A stretch of DNA of 64,000 bases from the NCBI GenBank assembly GCA_977862235.1, contig OZ374565.1:1240001-1304000 (forward strand), in the 5' to 3' direction. A model generated the notes under the pieces. The model was not told where the DNA came from, ran no database searches, and was given only the letters and a program-made list of their open reading frames with translations. The position numbers and the translations under genes are program-made. Origin of the DNA: Dudresnaya verticillata. Lineage: Eukaryota. Positions 11,829 through 22,740 of the stretch are shown here, one piece after another. The stretch's first letter is position 1; every line of letters begins with the position of its first letter.

Positions 11829-14684
11829 TTACACTGCATTTCGCGGACGCTTCGCTGGTGGCGCCAGGTCAGCCTCCGTATCCTCCTCTTTTGCCGCACT
11901 CTGCTCCAAGTCGGGAATATCTTCACCATACACCCTTGCGGTAATCATGGTGAGTCTCCTACCGGTGTCTGCCTTGCGACGACGCAAGGCGCGAATGGTG
12001 CGCCGCAGGCGCACCAGACGCCCGACCCACAGCACTGCGGTGTTAATGGCCTCGTTTGCCGACGCTGGGAGCGGCATACCCGCGTCCCTACACCCTTCGC
12101 GGAGTCGCTGCAGAGCAGCCCCATCGACACGCAAATCCGCGTCGCACCACGTCGCCATTTCCACATCGGTCTCCTTCTCCTTCTTGACCGTGACGGAGTC
12201 GGTCAGCCTTGCCGCGGCACCAGCTGGATCCAAGGGCGTGATGCAGACGACGGAGTCACTAGACTCTGTCGAAGTCGGTTTGACCACGCCGCCCAGTTTT
12301 GGTGTACCTCCCTGCATTGTAGCGAACGGACTCACCCCCAATGGTGTAGACGCCTTTCTTTTCCCCATTGGCGTCGTAGCCACTTCCGCATCGGAGTCTT
12401 CTGGCGATCCAATGGGTCCCAGCTGAGCGGTCTCGGCCACCCGCGCTACGGGCTGGGTCTCCACGCTGGTAACCTTCTCTCCCGTAGTTGGTGGAGCACG
12501 GGCTTCACTAACCCTTGGCAGCACCAGTGTCCTAAGCGGAACCGCATCGGTGTGCGCCGGTGATGACGGGGGCGGCAACACAACCATCCTCCCCTGTGCC
12601 TCTGCTCCTTTTGGAGACACCGTTACGGGCTTAGTCGGCGGTACCGCCCCGCGATCGCGGTTACTCGCCTCAACCTCTGGCGATTCGCGGGGCACCAACA
12701 CCCTCGGGTCTGCACACGTTGACTGGATGCCTACCATTCCCACGGGTGTAACTTCTTCTTGATCTGCCAAGGGGCTCCCGCCACGCGCACGTTCCCCAGA
12801 CGGCATACCCCACTCGCGGTGTCCCGACCGCCTCGGTGGCCCCTCCGTGACCGGATAGTGCCTTGCGTGGGATCGCATCGCATTCCAGTTGGCCATCTCC
12901 TCATCAAGCAACCACACCGGATTGGGGTCCTCTGCCGACAAGTAGTAAAGCAGACCGCACCCTGGACTCAGCGGTGGAACGGACAACACCCGGTCGTCGT
13001 CCCAATGGTAGCCGACGAAACCCGGTGTCTTCTTCCAGTTGGTGTTTGCGTGAATCGTGAACAACCATTGCACGCGCTCCGACGGATACTCGGTCCCCTC
13101 CACGAGCGCGGCTACTCCCATCTGGTGTATGAGCGAAACGACCTTGGCGGGGAACTCGAAAATGCGCCCACAGTCGCCATCCTCCGGCTCGGTGCTGTCT
13201 CTTGGGAAGGCTCTCCAATCGGTCATCTTCGTGTTGGCACGCACACCACGATAGGTAACTTGTAGCCACGAAAAGAGCACGAACATCGCCCACCCCGAAC
13301 GCAGGATCAACTCCAAAACGGCCATCTGTGGGTGATCGATCGACTTCTCTCCGCCTGGGTGTAACTCTTTCCAATTAAGGTGCCGAAGGAACCTATTCGT
13401 GAAGTACGCCACCACGGTCGGAGTTGGCACCGAAAGCCAGCGGGTGACCTCGTACTCGGCCCACCACTCCGGCGCGGTAAGGTAGAGGCTGCGGTGCGAT
13501 GACGCCGGCACTTGGAAGAATTCGTGGGTATTACACGTGTGGAGTAACACCCTACCCAAACGGCGCCCATCGCGATCCCGTGAACGGAGTAGGTGTTCCT
13601 TTGCTGCGTCGTCGGACCACCGTTGCGGATTGCCAAACCAATGTACGCCTTGGTCGTACGGTTTGGTGTAGCACAAGAACTCCACACCCACTGGACGATC
13701 CTGCAGCCGATGTGCGGACACCAATAAGCGGAACAAATTCTCGGGATAACCCTCTTCTTCTTGACACCGCACCCATACGATGTCACACCCACGAGGAGTC
13801 CTTGTCCGGCAAGCGGAGTGAATCCAGCGGGACTTCCACATTTCTTCCCGCCGGTTCGGAAACCACTTGTGGTTGATCAGCCCGCTGGACTCCGTCACGG
13901 CGTTATAGCGGCGCCCCTCCAGCGTCTCGGCATAATCCATCACAAAAACCGAAACGGGAAGGGGGAGGCGGACCATGTCGCGCTCCTCTTCCGTGCGGTG
14001 ACGCCGACCTGTGCGGTGGTCGTATTCGCGACCCAACCACGTCGCCTCATGGATGTAATTGGTTGAGCTCGCGAGACCCCGATACCCAGCTGGAGTGTAA
14101 GACCTTTGCCCAGGTGGAGTCATCACGTCACCCCTCGTCGGTGACGGCCGTGGATGAACGTTCCCAGTCCGACCATGCGGAGTCGCCCACTGCTGCTCCG
14201 ACGTAACGGGCGTGAGCCCCCTGTCGTGGCTCACCGCTTGCGCGGTACTCCATTTCGGTGTTACCCCTGCCAGGCCGATGCGCCCCTTCTCCCACTTGAC
14301 GATCCGGAAGCGGTGTATTCGCCATCCGGCCCTCGCCCCTGAGTTGGCGGCGTGGCACCCTCGGGCTTGCCGGGCGCCCTGGGGTCCGGCCGCCCCAGTC
14401 GGAGACTCCAATACGGTCGTCGCCCGCGCTTCGTCTTGATGCGTGAGCGCCTCCGCGGCCGGCACCTCCCCCGTCGACTGCGCATACCGCGTCGGTTGAA
14501 AAGGGGGCCGCCCGCGGTCAGTGCTGCCACCCGCCATGGCAAGCGGCACACTGGAATGGAAGAACGCGTTGGTTGACGTGCAAGATGATGCGCCAGTTGG
14601 TAAGAGAGCGGATGATGGAACGTGGCGGTGCACCTGAGCGGAGTGCGTACCCAACTCCCGCGGCGCACGAGGACGTGTCGCCAT
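11829..14684 (-). CDS. Antisense accessory protein of Gypsy family A, 951 aa, unknown function
   Basis: Uninterrupted ORF between pol and 3' LTR; ATG 15 nt from LTR boundary; W/Y/F-rich central region, low-complexity linker, basic helical C-terminus ending PPAKRPR. Confidence 0.8.
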   Translation of the reverse strand: MATRPRAPRELGTHSAQVHRHVPSSALLPTGASSCTSTNAFFHSSVPLAMAGGSTDRGRPPFQPTRYAQSTGEVPAAEALTHQDEARATTVLESPTGAAGPQGARQARGCHAANSGARAGWRIHRFRIVKWEKGRIGLAGVTPKWSTAQAVSHDRGLTPVTSEQQWATPHGRTGNVHPRPSPTRGDVMTPPGQRSYTPAGYRGLASSTNYIHEATWLGREYDHRTGRRHRTEEERDMVRLPLPVSVFVMDYAETLEGRRYNAVTESSGLINHKWFPNRREEMWKSRWIHSACRTRTPRGCDIVWVRCQEEEGYPENLFRLLVSAHRLQDRPVGVEFLCYTKPYDQGVHWFGNPQRWSDDAAKEHLLRSRDRDGRRLGRVLLHTCNTHEFFQVPASSHRSLYLTAPEWWAEYEVTRWLSVPTPTVVAYFTNRFLRHLNWKELHPGGEKSIDHPQMAVLELILRSGWAMFVLFSWLQVTYRGVRANTKMTDWRAFPRDSTEPEDGDCGRIFEFPAKVVSLIHQMGVAALVEGTEYPSERVQWLFTIHANTNWKKTPGFVGYHWDDDRVLSVPPLSPGCGLLYYLSAEDPNPVWLLDEEMANWNAMRSHARHYPVTEGPPRRSGHREWGMPSGERARGGSPLADQEEVTPVGMVGIQSTCADPRVLVPRESPEVEASNRDRGAVPPTKPVTVSPKGAEAQGRMVVLPPPSSPAHTDAVPLRTLVLPRVSEARAPPTTGEKVTSVETQPVARVAETAQLGPIGSPEDSDAEVATTPMGKRKASTPLGVSPFATMQGGTPKLGGVVKPTSTESSDSVVCITPLDPAGAAARLTDSVTVKKEKETDVEMATWCDADLRVDGAALQRLREGCRDAGMPLPASANEAINTAVLWVGRLVRLRRTIRALRRRKADTGRRLTMITARVYGEDIPDLEQSAAKEEDTEADLAPPAKRPRNAV

Positions 14685-14699
14685 TTAAGCAGGGGGGTC

Positions 14700-15395
14700 T
14701 GTGGTGAAGCGGCCGTTGTGGAGTGCCGACGACGGTTGAGCCGACTCGCGACCGGCGCACCGATGAGCTGGCGCCAAAAACCGAACGGGAGTGCAGCGAC
14801 ACAGTAGCACTGTACGCCTTGCTGGAGTCTGCGCGCACCACCAATAGGAGCCAAGTAGTTGATTTATTTGTAATTAGGCAATTTTTATCATGCTGTACAG
14901 TACGTAGTGTCAGCCGGCCAATGAGAATGCCGAGCATGTCCGCCGCAACGGTGACCGGGACCAAAAGGGCCGGACCCACCTGGTGGCCCAGACCCACCTG
15001 GTGGCCCAGACCCATTGGGGTCTGGCCCACACGGACCGGACCGCGGGGCGTATCTCCCAGTATATTAATTGGTGGCCACCGCGAGTCCTACAGTAAACGG
15101 GTACGCAACCCTGGGCAAAGTGACTTACCCTAAGCCTTACCCTCATACTCCTTTACGGTTTCCCCTCGCCAGCCCCGCGCACGGATTCCTCTTACCTCCA
15201 TCCCGGTGTAGCTGCCCTAGCACTGTACCGTCCCCCTTGTCTGTTGCGTCCCTTTACTCCTTACAGGTGTTGCCGCTCTAGGTGCTCCCTTCGGTCTACG
15301 AACTAAGCTCTACCACCCCGGTGCCGTGTGAGATCACTCCTTATTGGGATTGCCTGATCAGCTCTCCCTACAGGTGTGCCTTTCACTTCACCACA
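14700..15395 (+). repeat. 3' LTR of family A
   Basis: Direct repeat of 2918-3610, preceded by PPT, followed by TSD. Confidence 0.95.
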
Positions 15396-15408
15396 CAGTG
15401 CACGGTAT

Positions 15409-16171
15409 TGTAGTGCAATGATATTGCCCATTCTCGTGTTACGACGTGATCAGCACGTTACTCGCGAAGGCGTACATACGTGTGCTCGTTACGCAGCAGA
15501 CGTGGCCACGCCGGCCCACTTCGGACGCGCGCAGCCCATTCTGGGCTTGCCCGCGCGCCCTCGTATTACTTACATTTCCCTTTACAGTAGTCAACACTCA
15601 GTGTACACTAGGTACACTGAGGTGTCAGTGTTAGTTTATTGTAGGTACTGTATGGTAGCCCTAGCTATCCTACCGCCGTGGCTAGGGACTTAAGGCGAGT
15701 ATCGCCGGCCACCCTCCGTAAACCAACCCCAAGCATGGGCTCTGCAGCTGCGTTCCCCCGCGCCTGATCCACGAGCTCGTTGCTCGGCGTCACCGCGGGC
15801 TAAGGCTAGCGCAACCCGTTCCAACCGCCTGCCCGACGCTCCCTACGCGCACCTCACTGCTGCTCCTCCCCGCGCCGCACTCGGTTCCCTTTATTTCCCC
15901 CGTTTCTACCTCTCCAGCACACCCCTTCCGGTCCTCCCCTTATCCCTTCATCCTCCCTTCACCTTTGGCGTCTACGCCGCTTCACTGCTGTTTACACCTA
16001 CTTTTGGCGTCCACGCCCACACACAACCCGACGGTGTTTACAGTCCGCTGCCGGGTTGCTTCCTAGCTCTACCACCGCGTTTAAGCGATACTCATGCGTG
16101 ATCGCGCAGCTACCCTCCTGAGCCCGAACTCTCGGGGGTGCTCTACAGCCGCGTACAGCCATTTGACCACA
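15409..16171 (+). mobile_element. Solo LTR (Gypsy-type), 763 bp
   Basis: TGTAGTGC...GACCACA; TSD GGTAT at 15404-15408 and 16172-16176. Confidence 0.88.
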
Positions 16172-16176
16172 GGTAT

Positions 16177-18720
16177 ATAAAGTTAGCTGCCATTTTCCCG
16201 ATGTCCCCTTATTTTCAAAGAATGTTATGGAAAATCTCTTTTGTACTCAGTGTGCAACTGGGAAAGCGAAACGTGTACCATTACAACCAAGCTCTCGTGA
16301 AACAAGCCGTCCATTGGAACTTATCCATTTAGACATAACCGGGCCAGTGACAACAGTATCGATTGGTGGAAGCAAGTACGCATTGGGGATCATTGACGAT
16401 TACACGGCCAAGTAAAATGTATACTTTCTCAAATCCAAGTCAGAGCTGACCAACGAGATCGTACAGTACAAAGCTCGCGCAGAAAATGAGACCGAATATC
16501 GTATCCTCAACATTCGTCTTGACGGTGCTGGAGAAACTAAGAGCGATGAGCTAGTGAACCTTTGCACACAAGCTGGGATTACACTGGAATATTCTCCGCC
16601 TTATGCGTCACAAAGCAACGGACGAGCGGAACGCCTTATCCAAGAATTAACCGTTCGGGCTCGTTTCCTACTGTTTGGAAGCAAGCTAGACTTCCGTTTC
16701 TGGAGCGAGGCGAAGAATCATGGAAACTGGTTGAGGAACCGGCTGCCTTCAGAGTCCTTAAAGGGAGGCATATCCATCATGGAATGGAACCGACATACAA
16801 TGATACAGTTTTCATCCCTGCCAATTTTCGGTCAATCTGGATATGCCGTCCTATATTATCCGGACGCCATGCCGAATAAGAAGTTCCTCGCTCGTAGTGT
16901 GCAATCCCACTTCGTCGGGATTCAAGGGGATGGGTATCTGTTTCACGTTTACGTCCCGTCGACACAGAAACCCATCATAGTCTGCAAGCATGAATTCCGT
17001 TTAAGCAAGGATGAAGGCCTTCCTGGTGTTACATCACTAATCCATGGCTTGCCATGCAGAAGCCAATTGGAATCTGAACAAAGCATCGAGAGTTCAGCCG
17101 AGGAGGTTCTTACAAAATCCTTTATTGTTTTTCGACTACCGCTCGCTGCCATCTTTGTCGCAAAGAAGAAAAGAGCGGATCCTCGTTTGCCACGCTCATT
17201 CAAGGAAGCTGTCACCCACGAATTGTGGTGCGTCGCCATTGACTGGGAGTATGACGCACTGATAAATCGAGGAACTTGGAAATACACCGCTTGTCAACCT
17301 GGTATGCAGCCGTTACCATTTACTTGGGTCCTCAGACTCAAGCCACTGGACACTTATGGAAAATCCTTCTTACATAAGGCACGCTGTTGCGTTCGCATGG
17401 GCTTCGATCCGCATCCAACGTATGCCCCTGTTGCATTACACGAAGCTATCCAACTTCTGATCGCCGTCTCCGCCGCTGAGCACCTCCTTGTCGAAGGAGG
17501 GGATGTCGCGAATGCCTACCTCTACGGCAATATCAACGCAGAGGTATTCATGGAGCAACCGACCGACTCTTCCGGCATTGAAGCGCTACCAGGAGATATT
17601 TGCGTCCTCCAAAAGTCAATCTATAGACTGCGCCAGGCGGGAAACTTATGGGGCTCTCTACGCCCAAACGCTCTTGAGCTGGGGATTTATACAATCAAGA
17701 ATTGACCAACGTGTCTTCTTCAAGATTGTACAAGACAAATATATCATCATTGTAGTCGTGGTCGATGATATGAAATTTACAAGTAACTCTCCGGAACTGC
17801 TGGAAGAATTCAAGAGGAAACTTAATTCTACCTTTGATGTCAAGCTGTATGGAATGCTCAAGCACTTTATCGGATGGGAGACATCACAAAGCCGAACTGG
17901 GATATCTATCTCACAGAAGAGGTACACAACAGAACTGCTTGACAAGTACGGGCTAGCAAAACCCAATGGAAATTACACTCCGCTTGCAACAAAGGCAGAC
18001 CTAGGACCAAAAACTGAAGACGACACCGTTCTTTCAAATTTGGAACATACTCAGTATCGATGCGCTGTTGGGGAATTGCTGTACCTTGCAAGATGTACAC
18101 ATCCGGACCTTTCCTTCCCGGTGACTGCTTTGGCTCGACAAGTACACTGCCCAACACTCCGACATGCACAACTTCTTAAACGCGTGCTGAGGTATTTGGC
18201 AGCAACACGTGATGAAGGGATTCTATACCCTCGAATTCATGCATACAACAAAAGTCATCTCGTGGTGAACGTAGATGCCGATTGGACAGGCTGCACTGAG
18301 TCGAGGCGATCATCGACTGGATTTGTCATTACCTACCATGGGGCTCCTGTATCCTGGAAGAGCCCCCAGAAAAGCATCGTCGCCTTATCATCTGCTGAGG
18401 CCGAGTATGTTGCTCTATCCACAAGTACAAAGCAATTATCGTGGATGCGGAGACTCACATGGGAAATGCATCACAAGTCACCTTACCAAGATGCTGGAGC
18501 AACAATGCGGTCTACTCCTTTTGTAGTTGACAACACAGCTGCTATCTCGCTCGCAACTCGTGATCAAGTCTCGGCGCCCAACAAACACGTTGAGCTCAAG
18601 ATGCATCATGTTAGGGACATATTAAGGCTCAAGGAATTGGAGCTCTTCTAAATTAAGACAAAGGAGCAAGTCGCAGATATTCTAACAAAGTCGTGGAAAA
18701 AGACACGCTCAGGCAGCATC
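16177..18720 (+). pseudogene. pol: Degenerate Ty1/Copia polyprotein, part 2 (IN, RT, RNase H)
   Basis: CTQCATGK, LIHLDITGP, SQSNGRAER, KARCCVR, DVANAYL, VVVDDM, VDADWTG, SSAEAEYVA, KHVELKMHHVR; stops and frameshifts. Confidence 0.92.
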
Positions 18721-20380
18721 TTAACACACTTCTGTGCCTGAACGGCACATGCAGTGAATGGAAGCATGAGTAAGGAACAAAATAGCTACATCGGAAATGA
18801 GTAGCAGCACAGGAGGCGCGGCCCCGACGAGCAGGTCTAAAATTTTATTGTTGTTGCTTGTGAATTTGGCAAATAACTCGCAGGTGGCGAGGCTGAAGAA
18901 CAGAAAGGCAGACGCATTTGACATTGGATGCAAGGGGACAGAGGGGCAAAGGGAATCCCGGACCTCTTACTCTGTTCCCCCCTCGCTGGGCCTTATGGTC
19001 ATTGGTGGTTAACCTCTGTTTCAGTGGATCTCAAAGCGGGGTGTTACGAACGACAACCCTGCTCCGCGGTCAAGACCGGCGGTTCTCAATACTCATGGTA
19101 GGGCCCAAGAGACCAGCTTCGATTCCTTGCGCAAGAGGCGAAAACGGTTCTACTTATAGGAAACCATCGCAATAACGGCCCAGGAGGGGTCCTTAAGCGG
19201 GCCATTGTGTGCGTGTGGCACACGTGTCATGGTTTGATCAAGAAAATCAACAAAACGTCTCATAAGGGCGCAATAGCCGAGTGGGCAATTTTATCGGGTT
19301 GAAAAATGAAGGTCTCGGGTTCGATTCCCAACCTTGCAAACAATAACTAATATTTCAAGTCTGGCGGTGAGGAGGGGTGTTGAGACCCTGCACTGTGCAA
19401 TGCCAGCCTGATCCGGGGAGGGGCCAGACAATGCGCAAGTGGCGACAGATATCCTTCTGTAAGGAGGACATCTCGGGAGATTACCAAATATCAAATAGGG
19501 TTACTGTAGCCGGCGTGCGGTATACAGAAAAGGACCCTGGGGAAGTAAAACAAACCCGGAGGAGAGGGGAGAGAATCGTAAGGATCGCTAACCTTTTCAG
19601 TGCTCTCCCGCGTGCATTCCGGCAGTGCCTCGCCCGTGCTCTAAATTGGTTTGGTCGCTGTATTCGTGTGGTCCTTGCTTTTAAGAAAAATATTTTTGCG
19701 ATTAGTAAGCTTACAGTAGAAGCAGTATCTGCAACAAATATAACCGAATCACCTGTCGGATATTTTCGGCCGTTTCCCAGTCACTGTATTGGCCACATGA
19801 GGGGCTGTCTTATTGTCAGTGACACAGAGGTTTATTGGGAAGAATGATGATTATGATGATAGCGTAGTGGCGTGGGTAAACGGTACTAATATTAAGCGCC
19901 GCAAACTGTCCGTGTACCAGGATATTCACTCTGGAATGCGCAAAATCGGCACCAGAAGCCCGTTTTTGTCCTGCAAAAGCGCAACCCGGTGCTTCACACA
20001 GCAACCTGTCACGTGGTGCACCGCAAGAGAGCGTTAAAATAAAGCAACTGAGCTATTTGCACCACAACAACCGTTAAATAAAGGGAACATGGACGCCAAT
20101 AACAAAAATTGCCGCACTGGATAACTGCAGCACGGTGTTTATTTATCATACGTTGGCCCGCTCCAATGGCGTTCAGAGCGATCATTGCTTGCCATGCTGC
20201 CTGCGTGCAGAGCACACCACTACTGTACGGTTCAACCTCTTCACTTGCTCTCCAAAGCCACACAAACTGTCCCCGAAACCGACTTGCGTCCCATGGCGTC
20301 CATGCGTCTCTGAGCACGAGACTTTTCAAAGTCTCACGACGCGTCATGCGAACAGAGCGTAGGGAGAGCAATCAGCGAAG

Positions 20381-21956
20381 CTACTCCTGATTCTCCGTAT
20401 AACCCTCTTGCCGTTTGCGTCGCGAATGCGCCCGCACACGCAAACGCTTATCCCTTTTATCCTTTTGAAGTCTCGCACGCTCTTTCCGCTCCCTCAAAGC
20501 GGCGATGCATTGTGCGGAGGTTAAATGAGCCCCTGATTTTTCTGACGCGCGAACAGTCCCCTTCTTTGTAGTGAACACACTAACGTCGCGAAGTAAATAC
20601 CTCGCTCACTGAGCGAAAAGTTTCATTAAACTGTCCACTGAGGGCAGTTTAGCTGTTCCTGGATCCCCATTGTTGGCGTTCGTAGACTCTTGAAACACTT
20701 GTCGCAGTACCGAAACTGAAGCAGAACAGGATGTGGAGTCCCACAGCCCTGACTTAATAAACCCGCTTATCATATTGCCAGCACTATGGGACTTATCATA
20801 GCATGAGCGTATAATGAAGACCACATCAAAGGCATCAAGGACTTTTCTCACGCGAGACGCCTGATGCATTGCGTGCTGTAGGTATGGTTTAAAAGGGCTG
20901 AATACCCCGACATCGAGGGGTTGTGGAACATGGGATGTGTGTGCCGGTAGGCCAATTAATATAATCCCTCCTTCTAATAATGTCTGCAGGGTCTTCCAGT
21001 AAAGATGGCCCGCATAGCAGTCAACGACATGCAACAGCTTCTGCCCGCCCTCTCGTAAGTATACAGTCTCCTTCAAAACTTACAGCGCCCATTTTCCGTA
21101 TATTGTAGAATCAGCCCCAGCAATGTCTCGCTGATAATAGTGACACTCAGGGAGGAAGGTCAGTGGAAACTGCTCCACTCCATTCACGGACCAGTGGTGT
21201 ACTTGACGGCCTGGGTACGCCACAATGGGTTTGAAGCGCATACCCGCATCATTAACAACACTCATGACCGTGACATGGTCCAGCGTTCCCTTTGTCCAGA
21301 CCATTGAAGCCACAAGCCTCGTGGTTTTGAGACCGATCGATACCCTTACGAAGGCTCCGGCCAGCCATACGCTTGAAGCCTATTCCAGTCTAATCTATAT
21401 TGAAGATAAACCGGCGATCCCGTATATTATAACACCTCATTGCTGCATTCACGCGGGATATGTGCTCGGAGATGTGCTGTACTGTGACAGAATTCGTGCG
21501 AGCGGAGTCAATAGCTTGTACGGGTCGAATTCGAAGGTCAGGGTTGCGATTCAAAAAGCCCTTCAGCCACACTACAAACGGCATATCGCGCTTGATGCTT
21601 ATTTGTTGACGTCGATGTAACGGGAGTTGCTCACGAGTGTGAGCAGCGAGCTCTAATACGCATTGCCAAGTGAGCGGTGTGAGGATCGTACTGTAGCGTA
21701 ATATGGCCGCTCTTATGAGCTTTCCCCCTTCGGGCAGGGACAGACGAGGACGACCGCGTTGAATCGGAGGAATGCCGACATCTATTGGTTGCACTGGCTG
21801 ACTGGAATGTGGGTTTTGCTGGAGACAACGTTTATACTCACGGCGAAACTTCGACTCCTCGATCTTAAACTTGGAGGCAATAGAGCGGAATGTAGTGTTG
21901 TTCGAGAACCGCTCGAGTATTGCGGCTTGGAAACTCTGCTTCTCGTCGTCGTTCAT
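20381..21956 (-). pseudogene. pogo/Tc5/Fot1-like DDE transposase with HTH N-terminus, degenerate
   Basis: In-frame ORF pieces: HTH-like FRSIASKFKI, WLKGFLNRNPDL, IFNID, HVTVMSVVNDAG, LHVVDCYAGH, LPAHTSHVPQPLDVGVFSPFK, basic tail. Confidence 0.85.
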
Positions 21957-22740
21957 TCTTCTTCGGTGGTCGTTAGACTTTCGGGGCGCGTTGTGTAGTT
22001 GTGGGGCCTGTTTGGGAGGGTTTTGAGCTGCTGAGCGCCGTACCGTCAGATGGTGGTGTAGACAGGTTTGTCCTGGAGGTGCGCTACTGCCAATATGGGC
22101 GGGAGTATGTCCTGTTCTGATGTTTTACCGGGTTTACTGTTACGGTACCATACTTAACCAGATCCGCTGGCGCCAAATCTCACTGAACGTTTTGATAAAT
22201 CACAAGGCACTCTTTATTTTCTGCGTCACTTTATGTTACCACCGTTTACTGTGTCCCTTGATATAGGGTTCGGACCCTCACTCGTCGAGGGATCCGGCGT
22301 CGTCCGTACCGACAGTGCTCGCCTATCTTACAGTACATAACTTACACTACCCGTTAAATTCACACCCCAAGCTTTATTGGAATCGGCGGGTGCGTGTAGT
22401 ACCGGCAAATGCGCCTACGGTGGCCGAGGAGTGTGAGCACTTGCGCATATAAAAGCACAGCTGCACCCCTACACCGCTCGAGCGCAGCCCAGTCATCACT
22501 TCGAAGCCGTGTTGCTGCATCTGTGTCCCTCGTTCCCGTTGGTTTGCAGCCGTAACTGTGGGTTGAGTGCGGTGCCAACTGAGCACTGTAGTGCACGGGA
22601 GCGCAGTTGCTCTTACGGGTTACTGCGCGGTGCGCGTGTGTACTGCGTACAGTACTGTACCGGATTCCCGGCAGCGTGCGTCATTTTTGTGCTGCGTGGC
22701 GGAGCCCTGAGGCTACTTCGTGACCCTGATCAGTATCCCT

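Larger units (their letters stand above)
2918..15395 (+). mobile_element. Full-length Ty3/Gypsy LTR retrotransposon (chromodomain integrase) with antisense extra ORF ('family A')
   Basis: LTRs 2918-3610 and 14700-15395, TSD CAGTG (2913-2917 and 15396-15400), PBS-like TGGTCTCCCGACCTAGA at 3617, PPT AAGCAGGGGGG before 3' LTR, order gag-PR-RT-RH-IN-chromodomain. Confidence 0.95.

Noticed and set aside
11829..14684. env gene
   Set aside because: Antisense orientation; no clear signal peptide or C-terminal TM anchor
18721..20380. Unassigned region with short ORFs and GGTTCGATTCCC at ~19318
   Set aside because: No recognisable protein; could not fold a tRNA cloverleaf; no LTR or TIR identified
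19860..22350. TIRs for the pogo-like transposase
   Set aside because: No convincing inverted pair or TA TSD found by eye
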